From Octopus sinensis (Eukaryota), in NCBI RefSeq assembly GCF_006345805.1, contig NC_043014.1:20150001-20214000 (forward strand): a stretch of DNA of 64,000 bases. Direction: 5' to 3'. Below, one piece after another: positions 26,474-40,296 of this stretch; positions within the stretch are counted from its first letter, which is position 1; each line of letters opens with the position of its first letter. The translations under genes and the position numbers were made by a program. The notes beneath the pieces were generated by a model that saw only the letters and a program-made list of their open reading frames with translations, was not told where the DNA came from and searched no databases.

Positions 26474-26648
26474 AGTTAATCCAAACATGAAAACACCAAG
26501 AGAAAACACAACAACGCGAGGACGTGGAACAAATATAGTATTATTGGACGCTCAGGAAAGAAGGGAAGAAGGAAGGTATTACGTTTCGACCGGAGCTCTT
26601 CGTCAGAAATATAGGAAAAGGAAAGATCCAGAGAAGGGAAGACGGATA
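26474..26648 (-). mobile_element. Short PLE pseudo-LTR-like element with minimal HHR (26576-26610)
   Basis: Minus strand: ttt | CTGACGA | a | gagc tcc ggtc | GAAA | cgt a. Second copy at 43694-43870; TA-rich flanks. Confidence 0.75.
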
Positions 26649-27124
26649 CATATATATCACTGCCTTAAAGCACCGGGTGTCAAAACACTCGGTGCCTTCA
26701 AATAATAATCTCTACAGTATCAAACCGTACCCGTCCGGTGATTAAGCGAAGCGCATACATTGTGAATACGTGTTCGATAATGCGTACAACACTCGCTCTG
26801 ATTCTACTTCATATTTGAATCTTATCCTACGTATGCATCATTTGGGTATACTAGAAGATGGGTTTCTTGTTAATATTTAGCATACCGTCAAGGACAAACT
26901 ATTCAATTTCCTTCTGGTTCTGTTCAGGTACGTGATGTTGATACGCCACAGAAATAGCGTTACACGATGTCCATTGCTCCTGAATGGCGCTTGGGGTAAG
27001 TTGTATCGCCTCGCCATGGCTTTCAGGTGTTTCGTCACCTGGAGCTTTGAGAGAATAATCTCCATCGCATGAAATTGCAATTAACAGGCGAACAAGCAGA
27101 GCACGCAGTAGTTGTGCTGACAAG

Positions 27125-27293
27125 TAATATTCGTAGCCACTTTAACATGGCTGTCCGTTTGAGCGGACTCTACTGCGATTTTTTATCCCCAAGAGGACAT
27201 CGTTGACGAGTTCTAGGAGATGTCCTCTTGGGGTTAAAAAATCGCAAGAGAGTCCGCTCGAACGGACAGCTATGCTAAAGTGGCTACGAATAT

Positions 27294-27295
<2 letters not shown>
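27125..27295. repeat. 77-bp-arm inverted repeat abutting (TA)n
   Basis: Arms 27125-27201 and 27219-27295, 17-nt spacer, few mismatches. Confidence 0.9.
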
Positions 27296-27341
<46 letters not shown>

Positions 27342-27397
27342 ATCGGGAAGTATTAAGAACAGGTGAATTTATACGATAATATATAAATATATATTTA

Positions 27398-27449
<52 letters not shown>

Positions 27450-27450
27450 A

Positions 27451-27481
<31 letters not shown>

Positions 27482-27839
27482 TCTCTCTCTCTCTAAATTA
27501 CACTCTCTATAAATGGGATTAAGACCATTTGACATTGACCTAGTTTCTCTCACCAAATAGCAGTAATTGGCATTTGTTAGTGGCAATTGCTGTCTTCAAC
27601 ATGAATCCTTTTTATGGTGTTCTGAAACCTCCTTTACCACATTTCTACAATTAAAAAATCTTTATTACTTCTAACTTTATAGCGGTTAGGAACAGCCATA
27701 TCTTGGTCAGTGAGTGGAAGGACTTCACTACCTCATATGTTCTAAAAATTTAAATCCACATCTTTGTCTGTATATCTACCTTCTCTATAATGTTGCCACT
27801 TGATTTGAAAACTTTTGTATTAATGGAAAACCTCTATAA

Positions 27840-27925
27840 TTGGCTGATGAGTACTCAGCATCTTAAATCTGTTGTAATACTTACAACATTTATTAAAATG
27901 ATGTAGTACGAAACGATTGTACCAA
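27840..27925 (+). ncRNA. Type I hammerhead ribozyme, fully canonical core, extended stem II
   Basis: ttgg | CTGATGA | gtact ...tgttgta atact tacaaca... agtac | GAAA | cgattg | TA | ccaa. G10.1-C11.1 is present; (TA)n begins ~35 nt downstream. Confidence 0.9.
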
Positions 27926-27956
27926 ATTACCGGAGTCATTCTTGTTGCTTATTTTG

Positions 27957-28036
<80 letters not shown>

Positions 28037-28037
<1 letters not shown>

Positions 28038-28190
28038 GCGCTTCCCATCTACGTGGTTTCGGGATCAGTCTCACTTCATAGTATTTTAGAATGTCTCCCG
28101 CTCTAGTCACGGGCCGATCAAAGCCTTGTCAGTTGAATTGGTTGGCAGAAACTGGAAAAAGCCAGTTGTGTGTGCGTGTGCGTACATGTG

Positions 28191-28256
<66 letters not shown>

Positions 28257-28492
28257 TGTGTGTGTCTACGTGTGTGTCTGTGTCGCTATCTATGTTTTTG
28301 TTTGTACTCCACCACCGCTGGACAATCGGTGTTGGTATGATTGCGTTCCTGCAACTTAATTGATCGGCAAAATAAACCGATAGAATAAGTACCAGACTAT
28401 TAAAAAGTTTCCTTGTATCGACTAAATATTTTTCAAGAAGGCGCCCCAGCATGGCCACATTCAAACGACTGAAGTGAATGATAAAAGATATA
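28037..28492 (+). mobile_element. SINE family A, diverged
   Basis: gggccgatcaaagccttg...gatagaataagtacc...ccagcatggccac. Confidence 0.85.
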
Positions 28493-28834
28493 AAATATTT
28501 GAATAAAACGCGTATACATAGGATATAAATATTTCCATTATAAAAAGTTTTAAAAATTACGTTTTCAAAGGAAAAATATAAAAATTTTACAGCAAAAATA
28601 TGACTATTTTTTATCACTATGTGAATTTTACAGAAAAAAAACAATATAGAGAATAAAATTTTAGTGAAAAGTTTCGTATAAAAATTTTGTGCGTCTGTTT
28701 ACCAAATATGTTTCGTAGAAAATGGACAAACACATTTTACTGGCCGGTTTACGCTGTCATTAACCTGCAAAGTTTAAATATGTTCTGCAATGTAATATAT
28801 ATACAGATATAAATACACACATGTACAAACATAG

Positions 28835-28908
<74 letters not shown>

Positions 28909-29861
28909 GTTCAATACTTTTCTCGCTGGATTGCGTGTTCGTTTCTCTTTTAGTCATCTGCAATTTTATTATTGATTTTCTATATAAATGAAGATTTTTC
29001 CTCCGTCTAGCTGTTTTTCTCTCCACAAAACAGTAAGTTACATCGTGGAAAATCCCTTTTAACGAGTTGTTTTTATTTATTTATCACCCGACGAAATACA
29101 TCTGCACCACCAGATGCCCCCGGACCAGTTGTTGTGTGTCACACAAAGAATCTGCTACTTTCACCGAAGCTATTTTCTGGTGGTCAAATTAAATTAATCC
29201 ATTGTTTTTTTCGTTATTCACCACACTTTTCGCTGGGCCTCAAACCCAGTTTCTCCTTCAAGATATCCCTACTACGCATCACCACTCTAACTGCTGTTTT
29301 CTGTTGTTGTAATTAAAAGGCAGCTGAACTGTGCATTTCTCCAGCATTTCCCCGCTCCCCCAATCTTTCTCCCAACCCGAAACCATTTCATTTATTGCCT
29401 ATCCTTCATTCTTAATATTATCCTCGCCACCAACATTTTACATTGATCACAACCGGGAGCCACTAAATTTTCGCTCGTCCGCGAACGTATGTGTCTCCCT
29501 CCACCACAGCCCCCCTCCAACCGCCACAAAAATACCCTCACAACTTACGCAGCCACACATCCTCTCTATTCCTCTCTCACATCTCTCTCATCCTTCCTTT
29601 TACTACTGGACCATTATTATCATTCTACTGTTGGTACGAGAAAGGGCTTCCAGGTATAGAAATCATGCCAAAGCAAGACATTGAAGGACGATACAGTCAT
29701 TCAACACGTTAGATCCTACAAAATAGTCCGGCCCATGCCTTCTTAGATACGTACATTTGATTGTGGAAATGTCATTTCATATAAACACATATAGGGACAT
29801 TCTTACGCACACACAGACACACAATATATATATATATACATGTGTGTGTATATATATACAT

Positions 29862-29962
<101 letters not shown>

Positions 29963-30209
29963 ATATATCAATTCTTTTCATCGTGCTATAAATGTGAATT
30001 TACTCTTTAACTTGTTAAGTTCAAAGTGAGATGAAATATATTTTCCTGCCGTTTGTTCTGCTTGCTGATATTGTTTTGTTCTAATATATATATATAATAT
30101 ATATATATATACATATATATACACACACACACATATATATGTACATATATATATAACACATATAGGGACATTCTTACGCACACACAGACACACAATATAT
30201 ATATATACA

Positions 30210-30280
<71 letters not shown>

Positions 30281-30325
30281 CATATATATACACACACACA
30301 CACACCACACACACACACATATATA

Positions 30326-30380
<55 letters not shown>

Positions 30381-30639
30381 TATTAATGTACTATTAATGT
30401 AAATATAAAATTAATAAATGTTTAAAGATTCAGAGTTGTTTTTGTTCTACTGTTAGGGGCAAGACCAAATTTTTCACTTCGTTTACCCTGCGTTTTTATT
30501 GGAGAAAACTTGTTTTTATTGGAAACTTAAAGCCTGACATGACTCATGCACGTACACGCGCACGCGCGCACACGCACACACATACACGCATACAAGAACA
30601 TACGTAAACACGAACGTACATAAATCCCTGTTCTTGAGC

Positions 30640-31095
30640 CAATGAGAACTGCTAAGAATAGAAGCTAAATCCCACTTGCATGGTAACATGCACTCTTACA
30701 AAAAGAACTTCATATTTGACAATGATGTAAAGCGAGATAGTTGTAATTAGAATACCTTTGGGCATAAGATCTAATCAGCATAGCTTGATTAAAGTTTAAT
30801 AACAACAATAGCCAACTGCGTTTTTAGGCAGGTGTATTGCAGAGGGGCAGTTCAAGGTCGTGTTCTATTGTTAGTATGGTTGGTGTTGATGTTTATCTCC
30901 AGGTCAGTTCTAATCAGGGAGACCTGCAATCAAATTATCTCAGCATGACTAACACATCTTAATTTAGAATAATATATTCACAACTACATCGTCCAGTGTG
31001 AATTTGCTTTATTAAGATTGGGTTAAGCGGGTTTAGGGGAATTCTGTTTCTATTTCTGGCACTCCCAGTAACCCCACAGAGGCTCACTCGGTGAT
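30640..31095. repeat. Two head-to-head copies of an old ~200-bp dispersed repeat
   Basis: 30880-31095 (+) resembles 56715-56935 (...tccagtgtg/tccaatgtg...tatttct...ggctcactcg); 30640-30810 and 15500-15680 look like reverse copies. Confidence 0.45.
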
Positions 31096-32405
31096 AAACA
31101 ACAACTTCTGAATATATGCTTGGAAGAAATATTTATCTACGTCGTCATTTGTTGTCCTGACTTAGTCAAAAGGGAAAGCAAACTTCATGACAGAGTTTTT
31201 TACACTGTTGATTTATATCTGTATTAAGAAATGCCGAGAGAACAAAATATAATGTAAACATCAAATACACTGCAGAAAAGGAAACAAGAACAAAATCAAT
31301 AAACATGTGTGTAAAGTTAATATATTATGCCGCGTAAGAAGGGAAAACCTAAAGGAGTTTCGGACAATCGTCATTTGTCAAAATTGCTGATCAAGAAGTA
31401 AAAGAAATGTTTTTGGAAAGAAATGGAATTGTGAAAGACAAAGCGTGCTCGAATGGATGATAAGAGACGAATACATTTAGTGCTTTCTAAAAGGTAGTGC
31501 AAATGGACATTAAGCAAAATACACGTTGAAGCAGTATAATGAAGTATGCATGAGAGTGCGAGCATAGCGAATCAAATATATGAGAGATATTGTGTGGGAA
31601 TATGTGAGTATAATGTACGTAGAGGTGATGTGATGGAGTGTGCATGTATTTATGAAAGTATGCAGTTAAATATATGAAAGAAGTTTTGTGTGAATGTGTG
31701 TGAAGAAGCATGTGTGAGTGTGATTATGAGAAATGAAGCGTATGAGATTTTGTGGATGTGAATAAAATATATTCACATCCACAAATGTAGGAAAAATGAA
31801 GGTTTGTTATTGGTAGTACCAGATAGAGCTACCTATGTTTAAACGGAGTAACTATTGTCGAGAAACAGGAGTATCGGGTATTTTAGAAACCTGCAAACAT
31901 GGAGCTGTCAGAATGTGTAATTAGAAAAATTGAAGTGGTTACCTCTGTGTCAATCGGCTGCCTCTGTTAAAATTCAGTTATGATTTGGATTATTTGACCG
32001 TTTGGGTTATAATTTAGGAATTTGAAGTCAGTTTAGCTCATGACTGAAAAACCAAATATTATCTTGAGGAGAGTGAATGAGAACTGAATCTTTGAAATTT
32101 GAAATCAAAAAAGGCATTAATATATGTGTCATGTTCTCATACATTAGTTATCACAAGCAGCCAAGAAGCTGAACAATATACTAAGAATCAAAAAATCTAT
32201 TTGCTATTTCAAGCAAATTTGCAAGCTCCATCGCTCACTTAGCAAAATATTTGGTAATCACCAAACCGGCTCTGCTGTTTGAAGTAGTGACATGTACCTA
32301 CATTGTCATAGGTATTTGCAGCAAAACTAATCTGCCAGTTGTATTAAATTATTTTAATACAGATCAACGCAGGAATGGCTGTGTGGTAAGAAGCTTGCTT
32401 CCCAA

Positions 32406-34304
32406 AAGCCTACTTCTCACTGCGCATGTGCTGTTGTCAGTGTGTGCATGCGTTGTTGTCAGCGTTGTGCGTATGACCGAAAGAAGTAGCCAAGCTGTGT
32501 ACAGCCGGTGAAAAAAGAAGCTGAGCTGTAAGTTAAGACTTTTGTTTTCTGGGTCCAGTGGGGGTTTGTTGTTTGCGGTAATTATTTTTGTACAAGCAAG
32601 AAATCCTCACTGGGTTCTATACCCTGGTCTGCCTGCAATTGCACAAAAATGGTTTCCGTTAAGTGAATATTTTTTCTCACTTAATTGTGAGAATTGTTGC
32701 TTGGGGGCGTATTGCGCCTTCTAAAATTTTTTCACTTTTTGTGAATTTTAAAAATAATTGTGAGAATTGCTGTTTTGGGGGAGTGTCTCGCCTCCGAAGA
32801 TTGAACAACTTGTATACCAATTTTTGTGGAAGTTGTGTTCCGGTTGTAATGTTCCGGGTTCCACCTTGGCCGGGAGTACCTAGTAGCCGGAAGATTGTTT
32901 TGCTGTGTTTTTGAACTATTCACTATCTTTCCTCTAAACTTTTTTGACTTTCTTTTTTCGTGAATTGCTTTCTTTTTCTTCCTTCCATTTTATTGTGACT
33001 TTCTTTTGATTTCTTTCTTTTTCTTCTTTCTTTTAAAGTTTTATTTTGAACTATTTTTGAAGTGTTATTACAAAAAAAACATGGCAATGAAAAGAGACAA
33101 TATTTTGGAGTTGGAAATTATACCACCCAAACAGTGGTTGAAAGACCTTGAAGAGAGGATGGTGGTGTTAAGGACTTATTTCAAGTCGCTCGTCACCATC
33201 ACCCTATTGGAAAAGACTGTAATTGAAAAGGAGTTGGCAGAGTATCTGCCAACTATTAAATCCATTTCCAGGGGGGGGTCAAATGCGCAACGGTGTGGTT
33301 GCTATTTGACATACCTGAAGAGGCTCACGACTTTGCAAGCCAGCCCTTAGAGGGCAAAGAAATTTTGTTTTTTTCCCACGTATTGTGGGAAGAGGCTGAC
33401 AAGAGCTGGGGCCTACTGGTTGCCACCCGAGATAAAACCCGAGTGGTTAGAGAAGACTATCCGCCGGGGTCTGGGTGGCAGCAGAGCCAAGCTCCTTAAT
33501 GTGAGAGTTTTTCCTACAGTTGATTGGGTTGGGTCAAAAGCTGTTTTGACCCTGTGGACCCAATTAGCCAAACTGGTTTTTCCAGATTTTTTGTAAATGG
33601 CCGGGTGCAGGTACCCAGTGATTCTTGAGGGTCCCCCTCCCAAGTGTCATCGGTGCCTGGAGCCTGGCCATATAAAGAAAAACTGTTCCCAGGAACAAAG
33701 TAATGTCCTGGAGCTGTTGGTTTTGACCTTTGTAGAAGATGAAACGAAGGCGGCCGAGAAAGCGTAGGACTCCCCAAAGAAGGGCCGCAAGAGGAAGAAG
33801 GTAAGCAAGAATGGGTGCCCACCGAAGGATCCTAGAGATAAGGGAGGGGAGGCGAATCTCTCGGTCACGGAGGAGACGCACCCTCGATCCGGTAAGAAGA
33901 AAAATAGAGGAAGAGGTAGTTAGACGGGACATTGCCGGCAGTCGGTGACATAGTACCGGAATGTCCCGGAAACTCGTCGGTGGGGGTAGGGTCACAAGCG
34001 ATATTTGGGAGGAATATGGATAAGAGGTTGAAAAGCCTCAATGTCATTGAAAGTTCCTAGTTTGGAAAAAAGGTAAGAGGCTTAGTGCCTCATTTTGTTA
34101 TTGAATTGGGAACAATGTAAGAGATTTGTTGCCTCATGAATGATATAAGAGATCAATGTTCTCGGGAAAGAACGATTGGCGGACGTCGCTTTTTCCCCCA
34201 TTAATCATCATTTTCATTTTTCATTTCATATAACATTATGTCTGTGTCCACCCCGCAGTTTCCTATCTCTATGTAAGGCCTTTATGTCCAATATAATGAA
34301 ATAC
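32406..34304 (+). mobile_element. ORF1-only non-LTR retroelement (HAL1-like), TSD-bounded
   Basis: 17-bp TSD agaagcttgcttcc(c/a)aa at 32389-32405 and 34305-34321; ~670-nt leader; one decayed ORF with a CCHC knuckle; no RT or endonuclease seen. Confidence 0.75.
33081..34059 (+). pseudogene. LINE ORF1/gag-like protein remnant with zinc knuckle
   Basis: MAMKRDNILE..., two frameshifts in G/T runs, then ...VILEGPPPKCHRCLEPGHIKKNC (CX2CX4HX4C at 33645-33686) and an acidic/basic tail with stops. Confidence 0.75.
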
Positions 34305-35927
34305 AGAAGCTTGCTTCCAAACCACATGGTTCCGGATTCAGTCCTACTGCCTGATACCTTGGGCAAGTATCTTCTATTATATCCTTGGGCCGACCAAAGC
34401 CTTGCGAGTGGATTTTGTAGGCGAAAACTGAAAGACGCCCATCGCGTATATATTTGTGTGTGTCTGTGTTTTTCCCCCACCATCGTCTGATGTTGGTGCG
34501 TTTACGTCCCCGGTTTGGCAAAAGTGTCCGATAGAATAAGCACTAGGCTTACAAAGAATAAGTTTTTTAAAGAAAGAAAAGAAGCTATGTGTGTTAGCCA
34601 GACTTTCACTTATTGTCTAGCCATAGAAAACTGAAAAATATTTGCAGGGCTAATTTGACTAAACTATGGTCATGATTCTAAACAGAACAAATTTGAAACC
34701 CTTTACATTGTTTTCAATATTTAATATCGATTATGAATATTTCATAACGTAAAAGGAAGCTACTTTGAAATACGTTAATAATTTTTCGGTCTATTGATCT
34801 CATCGTCAGAGATGAAAAACGTTTGCTACATTCAAACATATAATTCGTTTTGATCTTCTGTTGTCATCAGTTATCTTATCACATCTAGCCAACTAGATTC
34901 GAACGACGGTCATTCCTCTAATTGAGAACGTAATATACGGTTGTTATGTCAGTAAGTGACTGTAGATATACTGTATTGAATAATATATTATGAATCTGTA
35001 AGAGAATTCCCTGCTTGGCAGAGAAGCAGGCGTTGATAATTATAACTATTAAAAACTTATATACGGAAACTAAATTTAGAGCAACCCCTTATACAGCAAT
35101 AATAATATATAAGTTATATAAAAACTATCAGAAAGAGATTAAAAACAAGGAATAACAAGTTGAGTGCGAGGGAAGTAAGAGATTAAAGTATCAACTGAGA
35201 AATCTCTCGCAGTAAAGTACTAAAGAGCCTCACCGGTACACCAGATTTCATCGATACTTTGGCCATTTAAGTACTTCGTCTGACTGTCCGGTACAGCAGC
35301 AAGATATCATATTCTTTCCTATCCCGATGTTGCTTACTAATTTCTGTGCTATCCAACACGAAACCACCACAGCTGCACCTCAAACACACTTCTGCCTTAC
35401 ATCCAACAACACTGAATGCACCTCCTGGGAAACCTTTAAACCTGAATTCTACTATCCGTTCAATTTCCTTTCATTCAACCAACCAATTTGATATTTTGTT
35501 CTCTATAATTGCTCATTTGCACTCCCTTGCGAGTAACCAGTGCTAGATTTCGGAGTACCTGATTATAAATCCAAGTCTATGTCCCTCAGCAAGACGACAC
35601 GTTATTTAACTTCGTGGAAGAAGTAATATTCGGTAATAAACAGTGAAGGAATTGAGAAGTAATGCTTTGTATATTGAAGTAAATGTGGAACAATTTCAAA
35701 ATGAAATGATAAAAAAGATTAGAGAGGTTTAGACACAAAACTCTTTAGAGCAGAGTTTTAACCTATCGCAAAATATCAAATATGGTTAAGTTGTTATTTA
35801 AACCCTAGGACATCTGTTCCAGTCATTATAAGCTAAGGGAAGAAGTAATAGAAACAAGAAAGAAGGACTGACAATAGATTTGAGTAGATCATATGTGGGT
35901 GGGGACAAGAAACAGAACAATTTGCTG

Positions 35928-36143
35928 AATATTCTTTTTTTTTTCTAGGCACAAGGCCCGGATTGTTTTTTTTTTTGGGGGGGGGGGCAGTAGATTAGAT
36001 CGACCCCAGAGCGCAACTGGTACTTAATTTATCGACCCCGAAAGGATGAAATGCAAAGTCGACCTTTCTTTTTGATTACCCGAATAGGGTAAACAAATTC
36101 CTCGGCGGAATTTGAACTCAGAACGTAAATACAGATGAAATAC
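35928..36143 (-). mobile_element. SINE family C with a 37-bp foreign insert
   Basis: The family sequence gcaaagtcgacctcggcggaatttgaactc is interrupted at 36066-36102. Confidence 0.88.
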
Positions 36144-36974
36144 CTCATACACGTTAATTAAACTGAATACTCGTCGCCCAATCTAGCAGAGCATCCATCG
36201 TCATCCTCGTCAACGAAGGGAAGGACCATCCTCGGCTTCAATTCAATTCAAAATGTAAAGAGACGTAACTAAATGCTGAAACTGATTCGACAATCGTGTA
36301 ATCCTACTGTTCACCGCCTTTAATGATTATAAGAAGTATTAACAAAATATATTTGGAAAAACATCTTATATTCTTATTATATCGTTGAAGTTGTTTATGA
36401 TAAAATCACAATGGTAAGCTTCAATTATAGCTGCGAATAAAAAATGTTTTGCAAAATAATTACAAATGTCAAATGTAGTTATCGTTTCATCCAATGGTTG
36501 TTTTTTTGTTCCATTCATACGCATACACATTCATATGCATGTGTGTAATTATATATTTGAATGCAATTATGTATTGGTGAAATGTCTATGCATGTATGAG
36601 CGTGTTAGACAAGAAGGAAATAAGAGAGTATTCGATACTGAAATTGGAGTGTGAAAATATAATATATTTATTAAGTTGAACATTCAAATTTCTTAACTCT
36701 GAGTTCCACGTTTCTTTTTGTCAACGGAAATTTGAATAACGACACAGGATACCACTAAAACGAATATTCTAAAAACGAGGACAAAAAGGAAGTATTAGAT
36801 TAGATGCGTACGTGAAGATAAAATCGAATATATATATATAAAATAAGATTGATAGGATGTCTATAGGGAAAAGGAATATTTAGTTGCTTGTACATAACAA
36901 TCCCCCCCCCAAAAAAAACGGTTTATATATTGTGTAGTTCGAATAGGGTAATCAAAAAGAAAGACAGTTCTTCA

Positions 36975-38300
36975 AACAAATTTTAGTTTCTCCAGTCTAC
37001 CACCTTCCTTAGACATTGCCTCCACCACAATCTTATTGCAAAAGTTCACCTATCTCATGCACTTCAACCTTCCAGTCTATCCCCACCAAAGTTTCCTATT
37101 TACTCATGCAGGTCTTCATACAGTCGACTCATTGCTAATTCCACATATTGAACATCGACATTCTAAAAACTTGTCTCTTTCTTTCCTTTACAAATAATCA
37201 ATAGTCAAATCTTAATGCATTGAATATTCCTCTTCATCCACAAATTTAATAGCTTTTAGTCTTCCTCTACTCCACTCATCTCCATTCTCTAAGCCTTTCA
37301 TCAAACTTAATCATGTTTATTTAACTTCCTCTCACACCAAATCCAATAAGCTCCACCTTTTTGCAACAAGATTTTACGGCCATCCTTCAACCTCACCCTA
37401 TTCTGATTTTTCCCCCTAGCAAATCTCATATTCCAGAATCAGGAATACTCTGTTATCTTTGTCAACTCCAATTACTCAGCACTAGAATTCATTTTTTCTA
37501 TCTTTAGGTTGCCCGGGAAGTTCTCATAATTTTGCCAAATTTTTAGACGCCTCTCCTTACTGCGACTAATCCAGTATTACTGCCCCCACAACAAACTTAT
37601 ATAAGGCCAGCAACTCCCGCTGCTACCTCGGTTTCACCACACTATATTCACCCCATCGATATTTAATCTGCATCCTCCACTTGCAATTACTTCACCTCCA
37701 CAAACTCTGTTGCCGCTACTCTGACTGTGAGACTGGATCTTAAGGTGTGATCCCTCACTTCGCATCAAGGTCGCGCCTGCAGGACTCTACATCAAGCTGA
37801 CCGCATACATACCTGCAATATAAACTGCATCTCTGCCCTCACGCATCGTATTCACCTCACTATGAAGTGCATTTATTTCTCACCATCTTACCTCTCCGCC
37901 GCACCACCATCGTCTGAAAGTTTCGATCACGCGCCGTTACATCCAGTTATTCTCCGTTCTAGCATTTTCTACTTTATACTCACTTGCAATTTGCGTGAAT
38001 TACTGATTGAAGTTCCACCCTACGCTCCACACACCTCGGATCATTTACATGCTTCCATTCAGGTTTATGTGCTTGCCCCTTCCTCCTCCGAGTCATTACT
38101 CATACAGAACCGTAACAAGTACTTCTACGCGAAGAACCGGAAGGCCGAAGCATCTCATAAATTGCATCAAATACCGATTATGTAACGAGGTAAAAAGGGG
38201 GAGACTGACCGGAAAGCAGCTGTTAAGTTTAGCGAGTAACTTCAGGAAGTCCAAGTAAATCACATGCGTTCACCTGTCACATGTTTGTCCTCTCTTGACC
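36975..38300 (-). mobile_element. Possible highly decayed LINE (RTE-like) remnant
   Basis: Purine-rich minus strand; the end weakly resembles RTE C-termini (MCG...IVVEA...GGRLEK); no intact motif. Confidence 0.25.
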
Positions 38301-39747
38301 TACCATGCTTCTCGGCAACTCTTCGTCTCAAGCTTTTCGATACGCCACTGCTCCCCAATACTCGGATTACATCGTAAACAATAAATTTTTCGCCTGGGTG
38401 AAAGACAACCAGAGACGATAAAAAAAATATAGTTTGTTTTCCTCTTGCTACATATGTACACACCAGCACATATACACACGCACACACACACATGCACACA
38501 CACACACACACCATCGACCTACTACATACATCATAAACAAACATGTCGCACTACACAGGTACGCATGATGGCATGTGCACTTAACGCCATACACAAAATA
38601 CAAACATATATACGTTAAACTTAATCCTACTTCATGTTCATGCAAACGTAGTCACATAGCAGCGCATACCATTAATAAATACATACACACATATGTATAT
38701 ACACACACGCTCACACACGGAGGCGTATATTCACATAACGTGCATCAATCTACACAACATATCACGCGCGCGCACGCACACATACGCGCGCACACACACA
38801 AGACTTTGCTACAAATAATCTCCCTTTATAATAGTTCTCTTAGATGTGAAACTCTTTTATTCTTCTAATCTCTTACGTCTCATATTCATTAAACATACAG
38901 TCACACAAACAACTCGTGTAATTTCTTTCTTCTGTTCTTTGTTCCTTCGTGATGAAGGGGATCATCGACTTCAAGAGGGAAAACATTTCTCTCTCTTACT
39001 TATTCGAACGTTTGTTTTTTTCCCGAGACATTTCTGTATGTGTGAGTGCATGTCTGTGTGCTTGTGTGTGTGTGCATATTTGTGTGGGTGTGTTTGTGTG
39101 TGTGTTTGTGTGGGTGTGTATGCATGTCCTTGTCTCTCTCTCTATTAACATAAATAAAGGATAAAATTATTATAAAATTATTGTAATAATAATATCAGTG
39201 GAAAGCAACCGTAGAGGTAAAAATTTAAATTTAAATTATATATAAATATATATAATTTATACATAAGCCACCACCTTTGTGACTATGTGAATTTATGTAT
39301 CAAATAAAATCTCATGTGACGTTATCGATCCGAACCGAATGAGAGGAGGATAAAATGCCTTGCGGGAGTTCTTTTAACGCTTAAATCTCTTGAATTCAAA
39401 TCTCTCCTATACCAATTTTATCGTTCATCCCCCAGGCTTAGTAAAGCAATCTACAAGTCAAGTACCTAAAGTGGCCAAGACTGCTGGTTGTGTGCCTAAA
39501 TTAGAAACAATTAATTAAAGAATTGCTATGAGCAAGGCAGCAGAAATTTATCGAATCTGGTTTTCACAGAGACCGTGAGAACTACAGCTCCAACAGATGA
39601 TGTCTTTCAAAGCCGAGAAGTAATCGTAAAATTTGACCGTATGCGTCTTCTACTGTTTGAATATTTAACAGGCATTAACTGATTTTGTGGGATAAATATA
39701 ATGATAATGCTAGTAATAATAATGATGTGAATATCAATGATAATCCG

Positions 39748-40296
<549 letters not shown>

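Larger units (their letters stand above)
32367..34565 (+). mobile_element. SINE family A split by a 1.9-kb insertion
   Basis: Head at 32367-32405; the body resumes at 34305-34565. Confidence 0.9.

Noticed and set aside
28990-29040. Possible micro-exon ending at a gtaagt donor
   Set aside because: A single donor-like hexamer with no coding or transcript support.
34780-34875. CUGACGA and CUGAUGA with downstream GAAA/AAAA on the minus strand
   Set aside because: Stems I-III do not pair consistently.
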